From Planctomycetota bacterium (GTDB lineage: Bacteria > Planctomycetota > UBA8108 > SXIK01), in contig CBDCXR010000004.1 of the NCBI GenBank assembly GCA_965223845.1, positions 2,752,001 through 2,816,000 on the forward strand: a stretch of DNA of 64,000 nt, read 5' to 3'. A model generated the notes under the pieces. It was not told the origin of the DNA, searched no databases, and saw only the letters and a list, made by a program, of their open reading frames with translations. The first letter of the stretch is position 1, and each line of letters begins with the position of its first letter. Shown piece by piece: positions 47,331-58,887 of this stretch. A program made the translations under genes and the position numbers.

Positions 47331-47819
47331 TCAGTAGACGACGTTCCTGATTCCTCGGTACGTCTCGGGAATGACGTAGTCCTTCCGCAGCGGATGCCCC
47401 TCCCAATCTTCGGCGCAGAGAATGCGGACGAGATTGGGATGGCCTTCGAAGATGACGCCGACGAGGTCGAAGGTTTCGCGCTCGTGCCAGTCCGCGGTAC
47501 GCCAGACGCTCTCGACGCTGGCGACCGCCGGATTGTCTCGCGGAAGCGCGACCTTGACGATGAGTCGGTGCAGCTGGCGCGTCGAGTCGAGGCAGTAGAC
47601 CACTTCGATCTCTTCGCGATCCGGATAGTCGACTCCCGAGATCAAGCTGAGCAGATCGAAGTCGAGACGCGAGTCCGAACGGACGAACTGCGCGAGCTCG
47701 AGAAGACGATCAGCCTTCACGACGAGGAACGGATCGACGATGCCGCGCTGGTCGTCGACGACGCCGTCGCCCAGCTTCTCCTTCACGATGTCGTGAATCG
47801 CTTCTCGCTCGAGTCCCAT
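47331..47819 (-). CDS. nuoC: NADH-quinone oxidoreductase subunit C
   Basis: ISGVDY, ADWHERETFDLVGVIFEGHPNLVRIL, GHPLRKDY. Confidence 0.95.
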   Translation of the reverse strand: MGLEREAIHDIVKEKLGDGVVDDQRGIVDPFLVVKADRLLELAQFVRSDSRLDFDLLSLISGVDYPDREEIEVVYCLDSTRQLHRLIVKVALPRDNPAVASVESVWRTADWHERETFDLVGVIFEGHPNLVRILCAEDWEGHPLRKDYVIPETYRGIRNVVY

Positions 47820-47916
47820 CTCTCGCCGCTCCTCAGAGCGTCCTCACCACGACTCCCGGTCTGAACACCGAACCACCGATCGAGCCGAAGTCGTCCCGAT
47901 CTCCGCGCGCTGAGCC

Positions 47917-48477
47917 CTACGCCTCTGCCGGCCCGACGGGCTGCGGCACGTAGACTTCCGGCTTCGTGCTGCGCCGCGTGCGGTCGGCAATTCGCTCGCG
48001 CCGCATCAACTTTTGAACCTTAAAGAGCCCCTCGAGAAGCGCCTCCGGCCGCGGCGGACAGCCGGGCACGTAGACGTCCACCGGGATGAGAAGGTCGACG
48101 CCCTTCACAACGTGGTAGCCGTGTTTCACGTACGGTCCGCCACGAATGACGCAGCCGCCCATCGCAATCACGTACTTCGGCTCGGGCATCTGGTCGTAGA
48201 GACGCCGCACCCGCGGCCCCATCTTGTGCGTCACGGTTCCGGCGACGACCATCAGGTCGGCCTGTCGCGGCGTGGCGCGAAACGGACCCGACCCGAAGCG
48301 ATCGATGTCGTACTTGGACGCCCCGGTCGCCATCATCTCGATCGCACAGCACGCGAGCCCGAAGGTGAGTGGCCACACCGAGGACGCGCGCGTCCAGTTC
48401 ACGAGCTCGTCAACCGTGCTCAGAAAGACATTGTCCTTCACGAGCGGGTCGGGATTCAGATTCTCGGGCATGGTCAT
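47917..48477 (-). CDS. nuoB: NADH-quinone oxidoreductase subunit B
   Basis: [45 protein letters not shown]. Confidence 0.96.
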   Translation of the reverse strand: MTMPENLNPDPLVKDNVFLSTVDELVNWTRASSVWPLTFGLACCAIEMMATGASKYDIDRFGSGPFRATPRQADLMVVAGTVTHKMGPRVRRLYDQMPEPKYVIAMGGCVIRGGPYVKHGYHVVKGVDLLIPVDVYVPGCPPRPEALLEGLFKVQKLMRRERIADRTRRSTKPEVYVPQPVGPAEA

Positions 48478-48860
48478 CGCAGATCACCCACCACCGTGCG
48501 ACCGAGTCGCCGGTCTTTCGTTTCGCCGGTTTCGTCGTCCTGGTTTCTCGCCCGCCGCGAACGGGAGGGCGAAGCGATCGAACTCCGCAAGGAACGAACG
48601 GGCCTCAAGACTCGGGAGGCGCGCCTGCATCTCACGTGCACCCGCGCGCGAAAAATCACCCGAGCCGCCGTCAAGGTCGCGCGGCCGACGCAAGCCACAT
48701 CACGTGAGCCGACGCAGGCCAACCCAAAACCTTCCGGCCCGGCCGCGAAAGAACCCCCACCGCCGCTAAGAAATGTCAGTGCCAGAGGTTGCGCCTCGGA
48801 TGCCGAGCGATCGCCGCGCATTCTACTCACGCGGTGTCGCAGCGAGGAAGTCGACACGCG

Positions 48861-48877
48861 TGGGACAAATTGTCGCA
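48861..48877. promoter_or_regulatory. Palindromic operator candidate in the nuoA-nuoB gap
   Basis: TGGGACAA-A-TTGTCGCA: AT-rich inverted repeat (core GACAA/TTGTC) in a GC-rich background. Confidence 0.35.
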
Positions 48878-48900
48878 TTGATGGCTCAGAGAGAACGCGA

Positions 48901-49368
48901 TCAGCCGCGCACGAGCTCGGCCGACGATTCGCTCTCCGGCGCCGGTCGTGGCGCCCCGGGTACCGCCGATTTCGCGCTCGTCGACTTCACCCAGTCGAGG
49001 TCGCCCTTCGACCAGCAGTACACGAAGCCGACGCCCAGGATCACCAGGAAGAAGAGGACCTCGAGAAAAAGAAACGAGCCGAAACCCGCTTCTCGAAAGC
49101 CCTTGAACACGAGCGCCCACGGAAAGAGGAACGTGACCTCGACGTCGAAGATGAGAAACACGAGGGCGATCGTGTAGAAGCGCATGTCGAACCGGACCCA
49201 CGACGGTCCAACGGTGGGCTCGCCGCACTCGTACGTCTCCATCTTCCCGGATTCCGAAGGATCCTGGACCCGCGGACGAAGGAGTCGCCCGATCACCGCT
49301 ACGGTGACAAGGACAAACACGAGTCCGAAGAGGAGAAAAACGAGAACCGTGGAGAGTTCGTATCCCAT
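48901..49368 (-). CDS. nuoA: NADH-quinone oxidoreductase subunit A
   Basis: KMETYECGE, RFYTIALVFLIFDVEVTFLFPWA, KGDLDW. Confidence 0.95.
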   Translation of the reverse strand: MGYELSTVLVFLLFGLVFVLVTVAVIGRLLRPRVQDPSESGKMETYECGEPTVGPSWVRFDMRFYTIALVFLIFDVEVTFLFPWALVFKGFREAGFGSFLFLEVLFFLVILGVGFVYCWSKGDLDWVKSTSAKSAVPGAPRPAPESESSAELVRG

Positions 49369-49503
49369 CGAAGTCGAGCCGGGAAGGTTCGTGTGAGCGC
49401 GCGTCGATCCAAGCGGATCAGAGCAAAGACTATAAAAGCGCCCTCGATTTGCAACGGCTTTTTTCGCCGGGCGCGCGCGAGCCGACCGGGGAAGAGATCG
49501 GGC

Positions 49504-50040
49504 TCATCGCGCCGCGGGACTAGCGTCTGTCGCGGCCAGAGTGCGGTTGATCTCCTCGATCGCCCGGCGATTGTCGACCGCCGCCCGGACTTCCGCGCGA
49601 AACGCGAGGGCATTCGCGACGAGCGCGAACACGACAACCACCGCGTGTACCCACCATCCCGGAACGTCGCGGAGGAGGACGCTTCCGTCCGGACGGATGA
49701 TTCGACTGTGAACCTCGCCCCCCATGAGGGCCGTCAGAATGATCAGCGCGGACGCGAGGCAAGCGAGGGGAAACACGCGACGCTTCAGCTCGCGTGTGAG
49801 CGGGACGTATTTCTGGGCGAGCGCCGGATGCTCCTCAACGGCGTCGCGCACGTCCTTTCCCGTCCCGATCAAGTAGAACATCGAGAGACAGTGGATGAAG
49901 CAGGTGAAAATCGACGTTCCGAGCCCCAGCGTGAAGTGCTGGAGCACGGCCTCGCGGCCGTCGAGAGTCACACCCGCAGCGGCGGTGACGACAAGAAGCA
50001 CCGCGTCCACCGCGATAAATACCAGTAGCGCTACGTACAC
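49504..50040 (-). CDS. Hypothetical 4-TM membrane protein with intramembrane His residues
   Basis: Four hydrophobic helices; HFTLGLGTSIFTCFIH, YLIGTG, GEVH, WWVH. Lies between nadA and nuoA on the same strand. Confidence 0.7.
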   Translation of the reverse strand: MYVALLVFIAVDAVLLVVTAAAGVTLDGREAVLQHFTLGLGTSIFTCFIHCLSMFYLIGTGKDVRDAVEEHPALAQKYVPLTRELKRRVFPLACLASALIILTALMGGEVHSRIIRPDGSVLLRDVPGWWVHAVVVVFALVANALAFRAEVRAAVDNRRAIEEINRTLAATDASPAAR

Positions 50041-50063
50041 GGGGCCTCGGCGTCGCGCCGTCC

Positions 50064-51143
50064 TCAGGAATCGCGCGGCACCGCGAGCATCCGCTCGAGG
50101 CTCCGGCGGGCTCCGTCCGCGACGTCGGGCGGAACGTCAACCTCGAACACGTCTTCCTTGAGCGCGCGCTCGACCTGCGGGAGGTCGATCATCTTCATGT
50201 ACGGACAGTGGAGACGGCACCCGATGCACCCGTCCGCCATGACGAACTCCTTGTCGGGATACGCCTGCTGAAGTCGGTACACGAGCGCCCATTCGGTCGC
50301 GATGATGAACGTCTTCGCCTCTGGGTGACGCGCGACAGCGTCCATCATCCCCGATGTCGAGCAAATCTCGTCGGCGAGCTCGAGCAGGTCCTCGCGACAC
50401 TCGGGGTGCGCGATGACGACCGCGTCCGGATGGCGCTCGCGCTCACCCTCGAGACTGGGCGCGCGGAGGACGTCGTGGGTCGGACAGACGCCGTCGTAGA
50501 CCATGACGTCCTTTTCCGGAACTTGTCGCGCGACCCATCGCCCCAGATTGCGATCGGGAGTGAAGAGGATCTTATCGGAATCGAGGCTCCGGACGACGCT
50601 GACCGCGTTCGCCGAGGTGCAGCAGATGTCCGAGAGCGCCTTCACTTCTGCCGTACTGTTGATATACGTCACGACCGCCCGGTCCGGCTCTCTCTCGCGG
50701 AGCTCTTCGAGGCTCTCGGGCGTAATCGAGTCGGCGAGCGAACACCCGGCGGCGAGGTTCGGAAGGAGCACCTTCTTACCGGGGTTCAGAACCTTGGCGG
50801 ACTCCGCCATGAAGTGGACGCCGCAAAAAACGATGCGTTCGGCCTCGGTTTTTTGTGCCTCGAGCGCCAGGGCGAGCGAATCGCCTAGGATGTGCGCGAC
50901 CTCTTGGACCTGCGGCAACTGGTAGTTGTGCGCGAGGATGACCGCGTTCTTCTCTCGAGCGAGGTGCCGAATTCGGTCTTGCTGCGCGCGAATCGACGGC
51001 AGATCGTCGGCGTCGACGCTCCAGGGCGCGGGCGCCGAGAAGGTCGCGATCCCGCCGCCGTGCGAATCCCCGTCGGACGCGAGATCGGACGGGATCGGCT
51101 CAGCGGGAGCGGCGGCGTCTTCGGCGGCGATTGGACTCTTCAA
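50064..51143 (-). CDS. nadA: Quinolinate synthase
   Basis: ILAHNYQ, GDSL, FCGVHFMAE, AGCSLAD, YINS, CCTSANA, PDRNLG, CPTH, AHPEC, CPYMK. Start uncertain (TTG 51143). Confidence 0.95.
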   Translation of the reverse strand: MKSPIAAEDAAAPAEPIPSDLASDGDSHGGGIATFSAPAPWSVDADDLPSIRAQQDRIRHLAREKNAVILAHNYQLPQVQEVAHILGDSLALALEAQKTEAERIVFCGVHFMAESAKVLNPGKKVLLPNLAAGCSLADSITPESLEELREREPDRAVVTYINSTAEVKALSDICCTSANAVSVVRSLDSDKILFTPDRNLGRWVARQVPEKDVMVYDGVCPTHDVLRAPSLEGERERHPDAVVIAHPECREDLLELADEICSTSGMMDAVARHPEAKTFIIATEWALVYRLQQAYPDKEFVMADGCIGCRLHCPYMKMIDLPQVERALKEDVFEVDVPPDVADGARRSLERMLAVPRDS

Positions 51144-51294
51144 TCGATGCGGTCTCTTCGCTAGTTGCGAGACGGTGAAATCGCGACATCGACCAGATTC
51201 ACGCGGCGACGAAATGCGCCCCTCGAGTGCGCGTGGGTTCCCCCGCGCGCCGTGGCTCGCGCCGACGAATCTAGCGAACTTTCGAAGGAGGATG

Positions 51295-51322
51295 ATTGTA
51301 CCTCGCCCCCCCTCCCTTGCAA
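51295..51322 (-). promoter_or_regulatory. Sigma-70-type promoter for nadA, possibly extending into nuo
   Basis: Minus strand TTGCAA-16 nt-TACAAT. Confidence 0.55.
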
Positions 51323-51645
51323 GACGGCCCACGTCCTACAAGCTCCCGCACAGCGCGAGTTTCAGCGTGCGATGCTCACCTTCGCGGCGCGACGAATGAG
51401 CGCAGCATTTTTGGGCCGATTCTTCTGGAGTTGAAAAAGGGAACTCCCTATTCTACCGGCTCTTTCGCACGGAGCGGCGGCGGACGGAGTGCCTCCGCCG
51501 ACTCGGTGATCGCGACCCGTCCGCATGCGGGCGAGTCATCGGCTCGGGGAGGATTCTGCCCTGGAAAGGCGATTCGCCGCGAGCCAGCTCCGTCCGGTTC
51601 TACGCCTGCGTTTCGGCGTCGGACGGTTTCGGTGATGGGAAAACG

Positions 51646-53070
51646 ATGACAACTCAGCCCGCCCGCCAATTCAAGATCCGCCGCGGCCTCGATCTGCCGC
51701 TGACGGGGGAGCCGGACGCGACCCTCGACGACGCGAGCGGAGTTCGATCCGTCGCGCTGCTCGGCCCGGACTACGTGGGGATGCGTCCGACGATGGCGGT
51801 GAAGGTCGGTGACCACGTCGAGCGCGGTCAGGTGATCTTCAGCGACAAGAAGACCGCCGGGGTCGTCTACACGGCGCCGGGGACCGGAACGGTGTCGGCG
51901 GTTCACCGCGGCGAGAAGCGCGCCTTTCTCTCCTGCGTGATCGATCTCGACGACGACGAGGAAGCCGGCGGTGCGGTCTCGTTCGCCGACCAAACGAAGA
52001 AGCGGCTCGACGAGCAGACGCGCGACGAAGTCGAGTCCGTGCTCGTCGCCTCGGGCCTGTGGCCGTCACTCCGCACGCGGCCCTTTAGTCGCGTACCGGC
52101 ACCGGGCTCGGCTCCGAGCTCGATCTTCGTCACGGCAATCGATACGAACCCGCTCGCTGCCGACCCCGCGACGCTCATCGCGCGTCGACGCGAGCATTTC
52201 CAGACTGGACTGACAGCGCTCGCGAAGCTCACCGACGGACCGGTGTACCTTTGCCAACGACCCGACGCGAACCACCTCGCGGGTTGGGGGGCGGAGGCGG
52301 GGCGCCAAAATATCGTCACTGCGGCCTTCGCGGGCCCCCATCCGGCGGGCCTCGCCGGGACCCACATCCACCTCCTCGACCCGGTCAGCGCTTCGAAAAC
52401 CGTCTGGTCGATCGGTTACCAAGACGTCCTCGCGTTCGGCGCTCTTTTTCAGACCGGTGAGCTCGACGTCGAGCGCATCGTTTCAATCGCCGGACCGGCG
52501 GCCAACCGGCCGCGTCTCGTGCGCACGCGCATCGGCGCGAACATCGACGATCTCATCCGCGGCGAGATCTCACCCGAGCTCACCGCGAGCGACGACGCGA
52601 GCGGAAAGCGCGACTGGCGCGCGGTATCCGGCTCCGTCCTATCGGGGCGCACCGCGGCCGGGCCGCTCGGATTCCTCGGCCGGTACCACGTTCAGGTGAG
52701 CCTCCTGCGAGAAGGGCGCGACCGCGTCTTCCTCGGATGGCAGCGGCCCGGGTTCGACAAGTTCTCGGTGAAGAGCGTCTTCGCGTCGAAGCTCTTCCCC
52801 GGAAAGAAATTCCCGCTGTCGACTTCGACCGAAGGCAGCAGGCGAGCGATGGTACCGATCGGCTCCTACGAGAAGGTGATGCCGCTCGATATCGAGCCGA
52901 CGTTTCTCCTCCGCTCGCTCATCGTCGACGACACGGACCAAGCGCAGGCGCTCGGCTGTCTCGAGCTCGACGAGGAAGATCTCGGCCTTTGCACGTTCGT
53001 CTGTCCCGGGAAGTACGAGTACGGTCCGATCCTGCGTCGGAACCTATCGACGATCGAGAAATTCGGTTAG
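51646..53070 (+). CDS. nqrA: Na+-translocating NADH:quinone reductase subunit A
   Basis: [57 protein letters not shown]. Confidence 0.96.
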   Translation: MTTQPARQFKIRRGLDLPLTGEPDATLDDASGVRSVALLGPDYVGMRPTMAVKVGDHVERGQVIFSDKKTAGVVYTAPGTGTVSAVHRGEKRAFLSCVIDLDDDEEAGGAVSFADQTKKRLDEQTRDEVESVLVASGLWPSLRTRPFSRVPAPGSAPSSIFVTAIDTNPLAADPATLIARRREHFQTGLTALAKLTDGPVYLCQRPDANHLAGWGAEAGRQNIVTAAFAGPHPAGLAGTHIHLLDPVSASKTVWSIGYQDVLAFGALFQTGELDVERIVSIAGPAANRPRLVRTRIGANIDDLIRGEISPELTASDDASGKRDWRAVSGSVLSGRTAAGPLGFLGRYHVQVSLLREGRDRVFLGWQRPGFDKFSVKSVFASKLFPGKKFPLSTSTEGSRRAMVPIGSYEKVMPLDIEPTFLLRSLIVDDTDQAQALGCLELDEEDLGLCTFVCPGKYEYGPILRRNLSTIEKFG

Positions 53071-53079
53071 AGCGCCGCC

Positions 53080-54297
53080 ATGAGATTCGCACGAAACTTC
53101 CTCGACCGCCTCCGCCCCCACTTCGAGCAGGGCGGGAAGCTGGAGAAGCTCTATCCAGCTTACGAGATGGTCGATACGTTTCTGTTCACGCCCGACGAGG
53201 TCACTCGCGGCGCGTCTCACGTGCGCGACGCGCTCGATCTAAAGCGCATGATGATCACGGTCGTCGCCGCACTCGGCCCGTGCATCCTCATGGCGATGTG
53301 GAACACCGGCTACCAGGCGAATCTGGCTTTCGCCGCGGTGTCGAATCCCGAGCTCACGTGGCAGGCCTCGCTCGTAGAGACCCTCGGTCTCGCCCTAGAT
53401 CCGGCGAGTCACGTTTCGAACGCGATCCACGGCGCGGCGTACTTCATCCCCGTGTTCCTCGTCTGCAACATCGTCGGCGGGTTTTGGGAGGCGCTCTTCG
53501 CGCTCATTCGAAAGCACGAGATCAACGAAGGTTTTCTCGTCACGGGAATGCTGTTTCCGCTGACGCTTCCGCCCACGATTCCGCTCTGGCAGGTCGCCCT
53601 CGGGATTTCTTTCGGTGTCGTCCTCGGAAAAGAGGTGTTCGGTGGGACCGGGCGGAACTTCCTCAACCCCGCGCTCACCGCCCGCGCGTTTCTCTATTTC
53701 GCCTACCCCGCACAGATCACGGGCAACGTGTGGACCGCCGGGGCGTCGCCCGACGGCGTGAGCGGCGCGACGATTCTCGGTGAGATCGCCGACGTCGAGC
53801 TCGCACCGGCTGCGCTCGAGAGCTTCGATTGGATGACCGCATTCCTCGGGACGACGCCCGGATCCATGGGCGAAACATCCGCGCTCGCCTGCGTCATCGG
53901 TGCGGTGGTTCTCATCGCGACGGGCGTCGGCTCCTGGCGAATCATGGCCGGCGTCGTGATCGGGACGCTCGCGTTTTCCGGGCTCCTCTACGGCATCGGC
54001 AGCGACACGAACTATCTCTTCCGAGTCCCGCCGTACTGGCACCTCGTGATCGGTGGATTCGCATTCGGAACGGTCTTCATGGCGACCGACCCGGTGTCCG
54101 CGGCGATGACGACACTCGGGAAGTGGATCTACGGAATCCTCATCGGGGTAATGACGATCCTCGTCCGCGTGGTCAATCCCGCGTTTCCCGAGGGCATCAT
54201 GCTCGCGATTCTCTTCGGCAACGTCTTCGCACCGGTGATCGACCACTACGTCGTGAAGGCCAACATCAAACGCCGTCTGGCGAGGACTCAAGCGTGA
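53080..54297 (+). CDS. nqrB: Na+-NQR subunit B
   Basis: [32 protein letters not shown] site [22 protein letters not shown]. Confidence 0.96.
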   Translation: MRFARNFLDRLRPHFEQGGKLEKLYPAYEMVDTFLFTPDEVTRGASHVRDALDLKRMMITVVAALGPCILMAMWNTGYQANLAFAAVSNPELTWQASLVETLGLALDPASHVSNAIHGAAYFIPVFLVCNIVGGFWEALFALIRKHEINEGFLVTGMLFPLTLPPTIPLWQVALGISFGVVLGKEVFGGTGRNFLNPALTARAFLYFAYPAQITGNVWTAGASPDGVSGATILGEIADVELAPAALESFDWMTAFLGTTPGSMGETSALACVIGAVVLIATGVGSWRIMAGVVIGTLAFSGLLYGIGSDTNYLFRVPPYWHLVIGGFAFGTVFMATDPVSAAMTTLGKWIYGILIGVMTILVRVVNPAFPEGIMLAILFGNVFAPVIDHYVVKANIKRRLARTQA

Positions 54298-54334
54298 CCG
54301 CGACCCCAAGCGCTCCCTCGCTCGGAGGAGGCTC

Positions 54335-55144
54335 ATGAGCAAATCCACCGACAGCATCGCCAACACGTTTATCGTCGCGACGGTCCTGTGCGTCGTGTGC
54401 TCGGTGCTCGTCTCGTCCGTAACCGTCTTTCTGCGGGAGGTACAGGGCGAGAACAAGGAGCGCGACCGGCAAAAGAACGTGCTCGTCGCGGCCGGGCTCT
54501 ACGACGAGGCGAGCGGCGATCCGGCCACGATCCCGGAGCAGTTCTCACGGTTTGAAGCGCGCGTCGTCGAGTTCGCGACCGGTGATTTCTACACCGGCGA
54601 AGACATCGATCCGGCGACGTTCGACCAGAAGGCCGCGGCGAAGGACCCTGCACGCGGGACGCTGGTCGCGCGCGACGTCGATATCGCCGGGATCAAGCGA
54701 CAATCGAAGTACGCCGTCGTCTACCTTCTTCGAGGCGCGGGAGGCGCGGTCGAACAGGTCGTTCTCCCGGTCCACGGGTACGGACTCTGGTCGACTCTCT
54801 ACGGCTTCCTCGCGCTGGGGCCGGACCTGAACACGATCCGCGGCCTCACGTTCTACGAGCACAAGGAGACCCCGGGGCTCGGCGGCGAGGTCGACAATCC
54901 GAGCTGGAAAGCGAAGTGGCGAACGTCCAAGAAGGCGTTCTGCGACGACGACCTCGAGAAGGTTTGCATCGAGGTCGTCAAGGGAGCGGCGGCGAGCGCC
55001 GATCCTCACGCAGTGGACGGACTCTCGGGCGCGACGATCACTACGCGAGGCGTCTCGAATCTCCTCGCCTACTGGCTAGGCGAGCACGGATTCGGTCCGT
55101 TTCTCAGCAAACTTCGGGCGGGCGCGGCAACTTCGGAGAATTGA
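54335..55144 (+). CDS. nqrC: Na+-NQR subunit C
   Basis: GYGLWSTLYG, HKETPGLGGE, FMN site VDGLSGATIT. Confidence 0.96.
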   Translation: MSKSTDSIANTFIVATVLCVVCSVLVSSVTVFLREVQGENKERDRQKNVLVAAGLYDEASGDPATIPEQFSRFEARVVEFATGDFYTGEDIDPATFDQKAAAKDPARGTLVARDVDIAGIKRQSKYAVVYLLRGAGGAVEQVVLPVHGYGLWSTLYGFLALGPDLNTIRGLTFYEHKETPGLGGEVDNPSWKAKWRTSKKAFCDDDLEKVCIEVVKGAAASADPHAVDGLSGATITTRGVSNLLAYWLGEHGFGPFLSKLRAGAATSEN

Positions 55145-55156
55145 CTCGAGGTCCAA

Positions 55157-55801
55157 ATGGCAAAGGAACGCGCGAAGGACGTCCTCTTCGGACCGGTCTT
55201 CAGCAACAACCCGATCGCGCTTCAAGTCCTCGGGATTTGCTCGGCGCTCGCAGTGACGAGTCAGCTGAAGCCCACGGTGACGATGTGTCTCGCCGTCCTC
55301 TTCGTGCTCGGCGTCTCGAACTCGGCGGTGAGCCTCATCCGCTCGTATATCCCGAACAGCATCCGCATCATCGTCCAGATGACGATCATCGCGACCCTCG
55401 TCATCGTCGTCGACCAATTCCTTCAGGCGTACGCGTTCGAGACGAGCAAGCAGCTCAGCGTGTTCGTCGGTCTCATCATCACGAATTGCATCGTGATGGG
55501 GCGCGCCGAGGGTTACGCGATGAAGAACGGCGTCTTCATGAGCTTTCTCGACGGTGTCGGAAACGGGCTCGGGTACAGCGTCCTTCTTCTGATCGTCGGA
55601 GTGATCCGAGAATTCGTCGGCTCGGGGAAGCTGTTCGGCATCGAGATCCTTCGTCTCGCGAGCGTCGTCGGACCCGAAGGGGAACCGGGCTGGTACGTGC
55701 AGAACGGCCTGATGCTGCTCCCACCGAGCGCGTTCTTCATCATCGGCCTTCTCATCTGGGCGCTCCGCACCTGGAAGACCGATCAGGTCGAGGATCACTG
55801 A
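55157..55801 (+). CDS. nqrD: Na+-NQR subunit D
   Basis: [36 protein letters not shown]. Confidence 0.96.
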   Translation: MAKERAKDVLFGPVFSNNPIALQVLGICSALAVTSQLKPTVTMCLAVLFVLGVSNSAVSLIRSYIPNSIRIIVQMTIIATLVIVVDQFLQAYAFETSKQLSVFVGLIITNCIVMGRAEGYAMKNGVFMSFLDGVGNGLGYSVLLLIVGVIREFVGSGKLFGIEILRLASVVGPEGEPGWYVQNGLMLLPPSAFFIIGLLIWALRTWKTDQVEDH

Positions 55802-55802
55802 C

Positions 55803-56402
55803 ATGCTCGAACAGTACTTGAGCCTCTTCTTCAAGGCCGTCTTCGTCGAGAACCTCGCGCTCGCGTTCTTCCTCGGAATGTGCACCTTCCTCGCGGTGTC
55901 GAAGCAGGTGAGCACGGCGATGGGCCTCGGCATCGCCGTGATCGTGATCCAGGGAATCACGGTCCCGGTGAACAATCTCATCTACAACCACGTACTCAAG
56001 CCCAGTGCTCTCGCGGAGGGCGTCGATCTCACTTTCCTCGGGCTGATCAGCTACATCGGCGTGATCGCTGCGATGGTGCAGATCCTCGAGATGACGCTCG
56101 ATCGATACGTGCCCGCTCTCTACAACGCGCTCGGGATCTTCCTACCGCTCATCACCGTAAACTGCGCCATCCTCGGCGGATCGCTCCTCATGGTCGAACG
56201 CGACTACACGTTTGGCGAGAGCGTCGTGTTTGGGCTCGGATCGGGAGTCGGCTGGGCCCTCGCGATCGTTGCGCTCGCCGGCATCCGCGAGAAGCTCAAG
56301 TATTCGGACGTACCGACGGGACTCCGCGGGCTCGGCATCACGTTCATCATCGTGGGCCTCATGGCGCTCGCGTTCATGGGCTTCGGCGGGATCAAGCTGT
56401 AG
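55803..56402 (+). CDS. nqrE: Na+-NQR subunit E
   Basis: [33 protein letters not shown]. Confidence 0.96.
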   Translation: MLEQYLSLFFKAVFVENLALAFFLGMCTFLAVSKQVSTAMGLGIAVIVIQGITVPVNNLIYNHVLKPSALAEGVDLTFLGLISYIGVIAAMVQILEMTLDRYVPALYNALGIFLPLITVNCAILGGSLLMVERDYTFGESVVFGLGSGVGWALAIVALAGIREKLKYSDVPTGLRGLGITFIIVGLMALAFMGFGGIKL

Positions 56403-56468
56403 GCGTCCCGCGGATGCGTCGTGCCGCCTGGTTCGAGACACCACTCTTAGAGACTGACCCGAAAACCT

Positions 56469-57698
56469 ATGACTGAGATCGCCCTCGGAGTGGTCATGTT
56501 CACGGTGATCGTGCTCGCGCTCGTCGTGATGATCCTCGCGGCCAAAGCGAAGCTCGTCGCGAGCGGCGATGTCCGCATCCTCATCAACGACGACGAGTCG
56601 AAGGCGCTCACCGTCCCTGCGGGCGGCAAGCTGCTGAACGTTCTCGGCGACAGCAAGATCTTCGTGTCGTCCGCCTGCGGCGGCGGCGGGACCTGCGCGC
56701 AGTGCAAGGTGAAGATCTTCGAGGGCGGCGGCGACATTCTCGCGACCGAGCTGAGCCACATCTCGAAACGCGAGGCCGCCGAGGGCGTGCGCCTTTCCTG
56801 CCAGGTCGCGGTGAAGCAGGACATGAAGATCGAGGTTCCCGCCGAAGTCTTCAGCGTTCGGAAATGGAACTGCGTCGTCCGCTCGAATCACAACGTCGCG
56901 ACTTTCATCAAGGAGCTCGTCCTCGAGCTCCCACCCGGCGAGGACGTCGATTTCCGCGCCGGTGGATACATCCAGATCGAGTGTCCGCCCCACAAGCTCA
57001 AGTACGACTCGTTCGACGTCGAGGAGGAGTACCGCGAGGACTGGGACAAGTTCAAGCTGTGGGACATCGAGTCGAACGTCACCGAACCGGTCGTTCGCGC
57101 GTACTCGATGGCGAACTACCCCGAGGAGAAGGGCATCATCATGCTCAACGTGCGCGTCGCGACCCCGCCCCCGCGCGCGCCGGCGGGAACTCCGCCCGGA
57201 AAGATGTCGTCGTGGATCTTCGATCTGAAGCCGGGCGATGAGGTGACGATCTCCGGACCCTTCGGCGAGTTCTTCGCCAAAGACACCGACGCCGAGATGA
57301 TCTACATCGGAGGAGGTGCGGGGATGGCGCCGATGCGCTCCCACCTCTTCGATTTGCTCAAGCGCATCCACACGAAGCGGAAGGTCAGCTTCTGGTACGG
57401 CGCGCGCAGCAAGCGCGAGATGTTCTATGTCGACGATTTCGACATGCTCGCGCGCGAGAACGACAATTTCGAGTGGCACGTCGCGCTGTCGGACCCCCTC
57501 CCGGAAGACGAATGGGAAGGTTACACCGGCTTCATCCACCAGGTCCTTTACGACAACTATCTGAAGGACCACCCTGCTCCCGAGGACTGCGAGTACTACA
57601 TCTGCGGCCCTCCGATGATGAACGCCGCTGTGTTCAAGCTTCTCGATGATCTAGGCGTCGAGAAGGAAAACGTCGCGTACGACGACTTCGGCGGCTGA
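56469..57698 (+). CDS. nqrF: Na+-NQR subunit F
   Basis: [12 protein letters not shown]...RLSCQ (2Fe-2S), [30 protein letters not shown]. Confidence 0.97.
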   Translation: MTEIALGVVMFTVIVLALVVMILAAKAKLVASGDVRILINDDESKALTVPAGGKLLNVLGDSKIFVSSACGGGGTCAQCKVKIFEGGGDILATELSHISKREAAEGVRLSCQVAVKQDMKIEVPAEVFSVRKWNCVVRSNHNVATFIKELVLELPPGEDVDFRAGGYIQIECPPHKLKYDSFDVEEEYREDWDKFKLWDIESNVTEPVVRAYSMANYPEEKGIIMLNVRVATPPPRAPAGTPPGKMSSWIFDLKPGDEVTISGPFGEFFAKDTDAEMIYIGGGAGMAPMRSHLFDLLKRIHTKRKVSFWYGARSKREMFYVDDFDMLARENDNFEWHVALSDPLPEDEWEGYTGFIHQVLYDNYLKDHPAPEDCEYYICGPPMMNAAVFKLLDDLGVEKENVAYDDFGG

Positions 57699-57708
57699 GT
57701 CGACTCGA

Positions 57709-58827
57709 ATGCGTGTCCTCGGCCCAGTCTTTCCGTCTCGATCGCCGAACCGAGAACTCGCTCCTCACGCCATTTTGGTCTCGAGCGCTCTTCTCCTTTG
57801 CGTCGTGCCCGCGTGCGAGCGACCGCCCGCCGTCATCTCCTACGGCGGCGCGACGATGGGGACGACCTACTCCGTCAAGATCGCCGGCGTGCTCACGGAA
57901 GACGAGCAACTCCGACTCGAGCGCGCAACGGCGGCGCGGCTCGACGAGATCGACCGGCGAATGTCGACTTGGCGGGACGACTCCGAAGTGACGCGATTCG
58001 GCGCCTCGGCGTCGACCGAGTGGTTCGAAGTCTCCGGGGAAACCGCCGCCGTCGTCGCCACCGCGCAGCGCATCGCCGAAGACACCGGGGGCGCGTTCGA
58101 TATCACCGTTGCTCCGCTCGTCGATCTCTGGGGATTCGGTCCTGAAGGAGAAAAGAGCGTCCCGAGCGACGACGACATCGCCGCTGCGATGGAGACCTGC
58201 GGCTGGTCCCGCCTCGATGTCGGAACGGATTCCGCGGGCCAACCGGCCCTGCGGAAGACAGTCCCCGACCTCCGGATCGATCTCTCGGCGATAGCGAAGG
58301 GCTACGCCGTCGATGCGATCGCAGAGGTCCTGGAGGCGATGGGACACTCGTCCTACATGGTCGAGATCGGAGGAGAGGTGCGCGTCGCGGGCGAGAAGGC
58401 GCCGGGAACTCCGTGGCGGATCGGCATCCAACTCCCCGACGCCGCGCGCGCGGTCGTCGAGTCGATCGTCGCCCTCGAGCACGGCGCGCTCGCGACTTCC
58501 GGCGACTACCGCAACTTCTTCCGCGCGGGGGCTCGCCGGTACTCGCACACGATCGACCCCCGCACCGGTCGGCCGGTCGAACACTCGCTCGCCTCCGTGA
58601 GCGTAATCGCACCGACGTGTGAAGAGGCCGACGCTCTCGCAACCGCGCTCATGGTTCTCGGCCCGGAAGAAGGCTATACTCTCGCTACAGAGCGCGGCCT
58701 TGCGGTGCTCCTGGTCGTGCGGAAGCCATCGCCGAACGGCGCAGCCGAGCCGGAGGCGCCTAGATTCGAACACCGCATGACGCCGAGCATGGAGCGCCAC
58801 CTATCGCGCTCGACGCATTCGCCGTAG
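57709..58827 (+). CDS. apbE: FAD:protein FMN transferase
   Basis: Lipobox-like VPAC, TMGTTY, GAFDITV, DLSAIAKGY, EIGGE, ATSGDYRNFF, SHTIDPRTG, ADALAT. Confidence 0.95.
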   Translation: MRVLGPVFPSRSPNRELAPHAILVSSALLLCVVPACERPPAVISYGGATMGTTYSVKIAGVLTEDEQLRLERATAARLDEIDRRMSTWRDDSEVTRFGASASTEWFEVSGETAAVVATAQRIAEDTGGAFDITVAPLVDLWGFGPEGEKSVPSDDDIAAAMETCGWSRLDVGTDSAGQPALRKTVPDLRIDLSAIAKGYAVDAIAEVLEAMGHSSYMVEIGGEVRVAGEKAPGTPWRIGIQLPDAARAVVESIVALEHGALATSGDYRNFFRAGARRYSHTIDPRTGRPVEHSLASVSVIAPTCEEADALATALMVLGPEEGYTLATERGLAVLLVVRKPSPNGAAEPEAPRFEHRMTPSMERHLSRSTHSP

Positions 58828-58887
58828 TCGCTGTTCCGTCGGCGCGCGCCTCGTCCGGACGTCCCGACACCATCGCGAAGAACGAGC

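Noticed and set aside
49429-49454. TTGCAA / TATAGT promoter upstream of nuoA
   Set aside because: The spacer is only 14 nt. The -10 may be real but the pair cannot be supported as a canonical sigma-70 promoter.
51333-51645. Rex operator in the nadA-nqrA divergent region
   Set aside because: No TTGTGAA-N4-TTCACAA-like site was seen; only a short GGAGTT/AACTCC inverted repeat of unclear meaning.
51646-57698. Rnf complex instead of NQR
   Set aside because: The gene order A-F, an NqrF with FNR-type FAD/NAD domains, an NqrA without RnfC-type 4Fe-4S motifs, and nqrM all indicate Na+-NQR.
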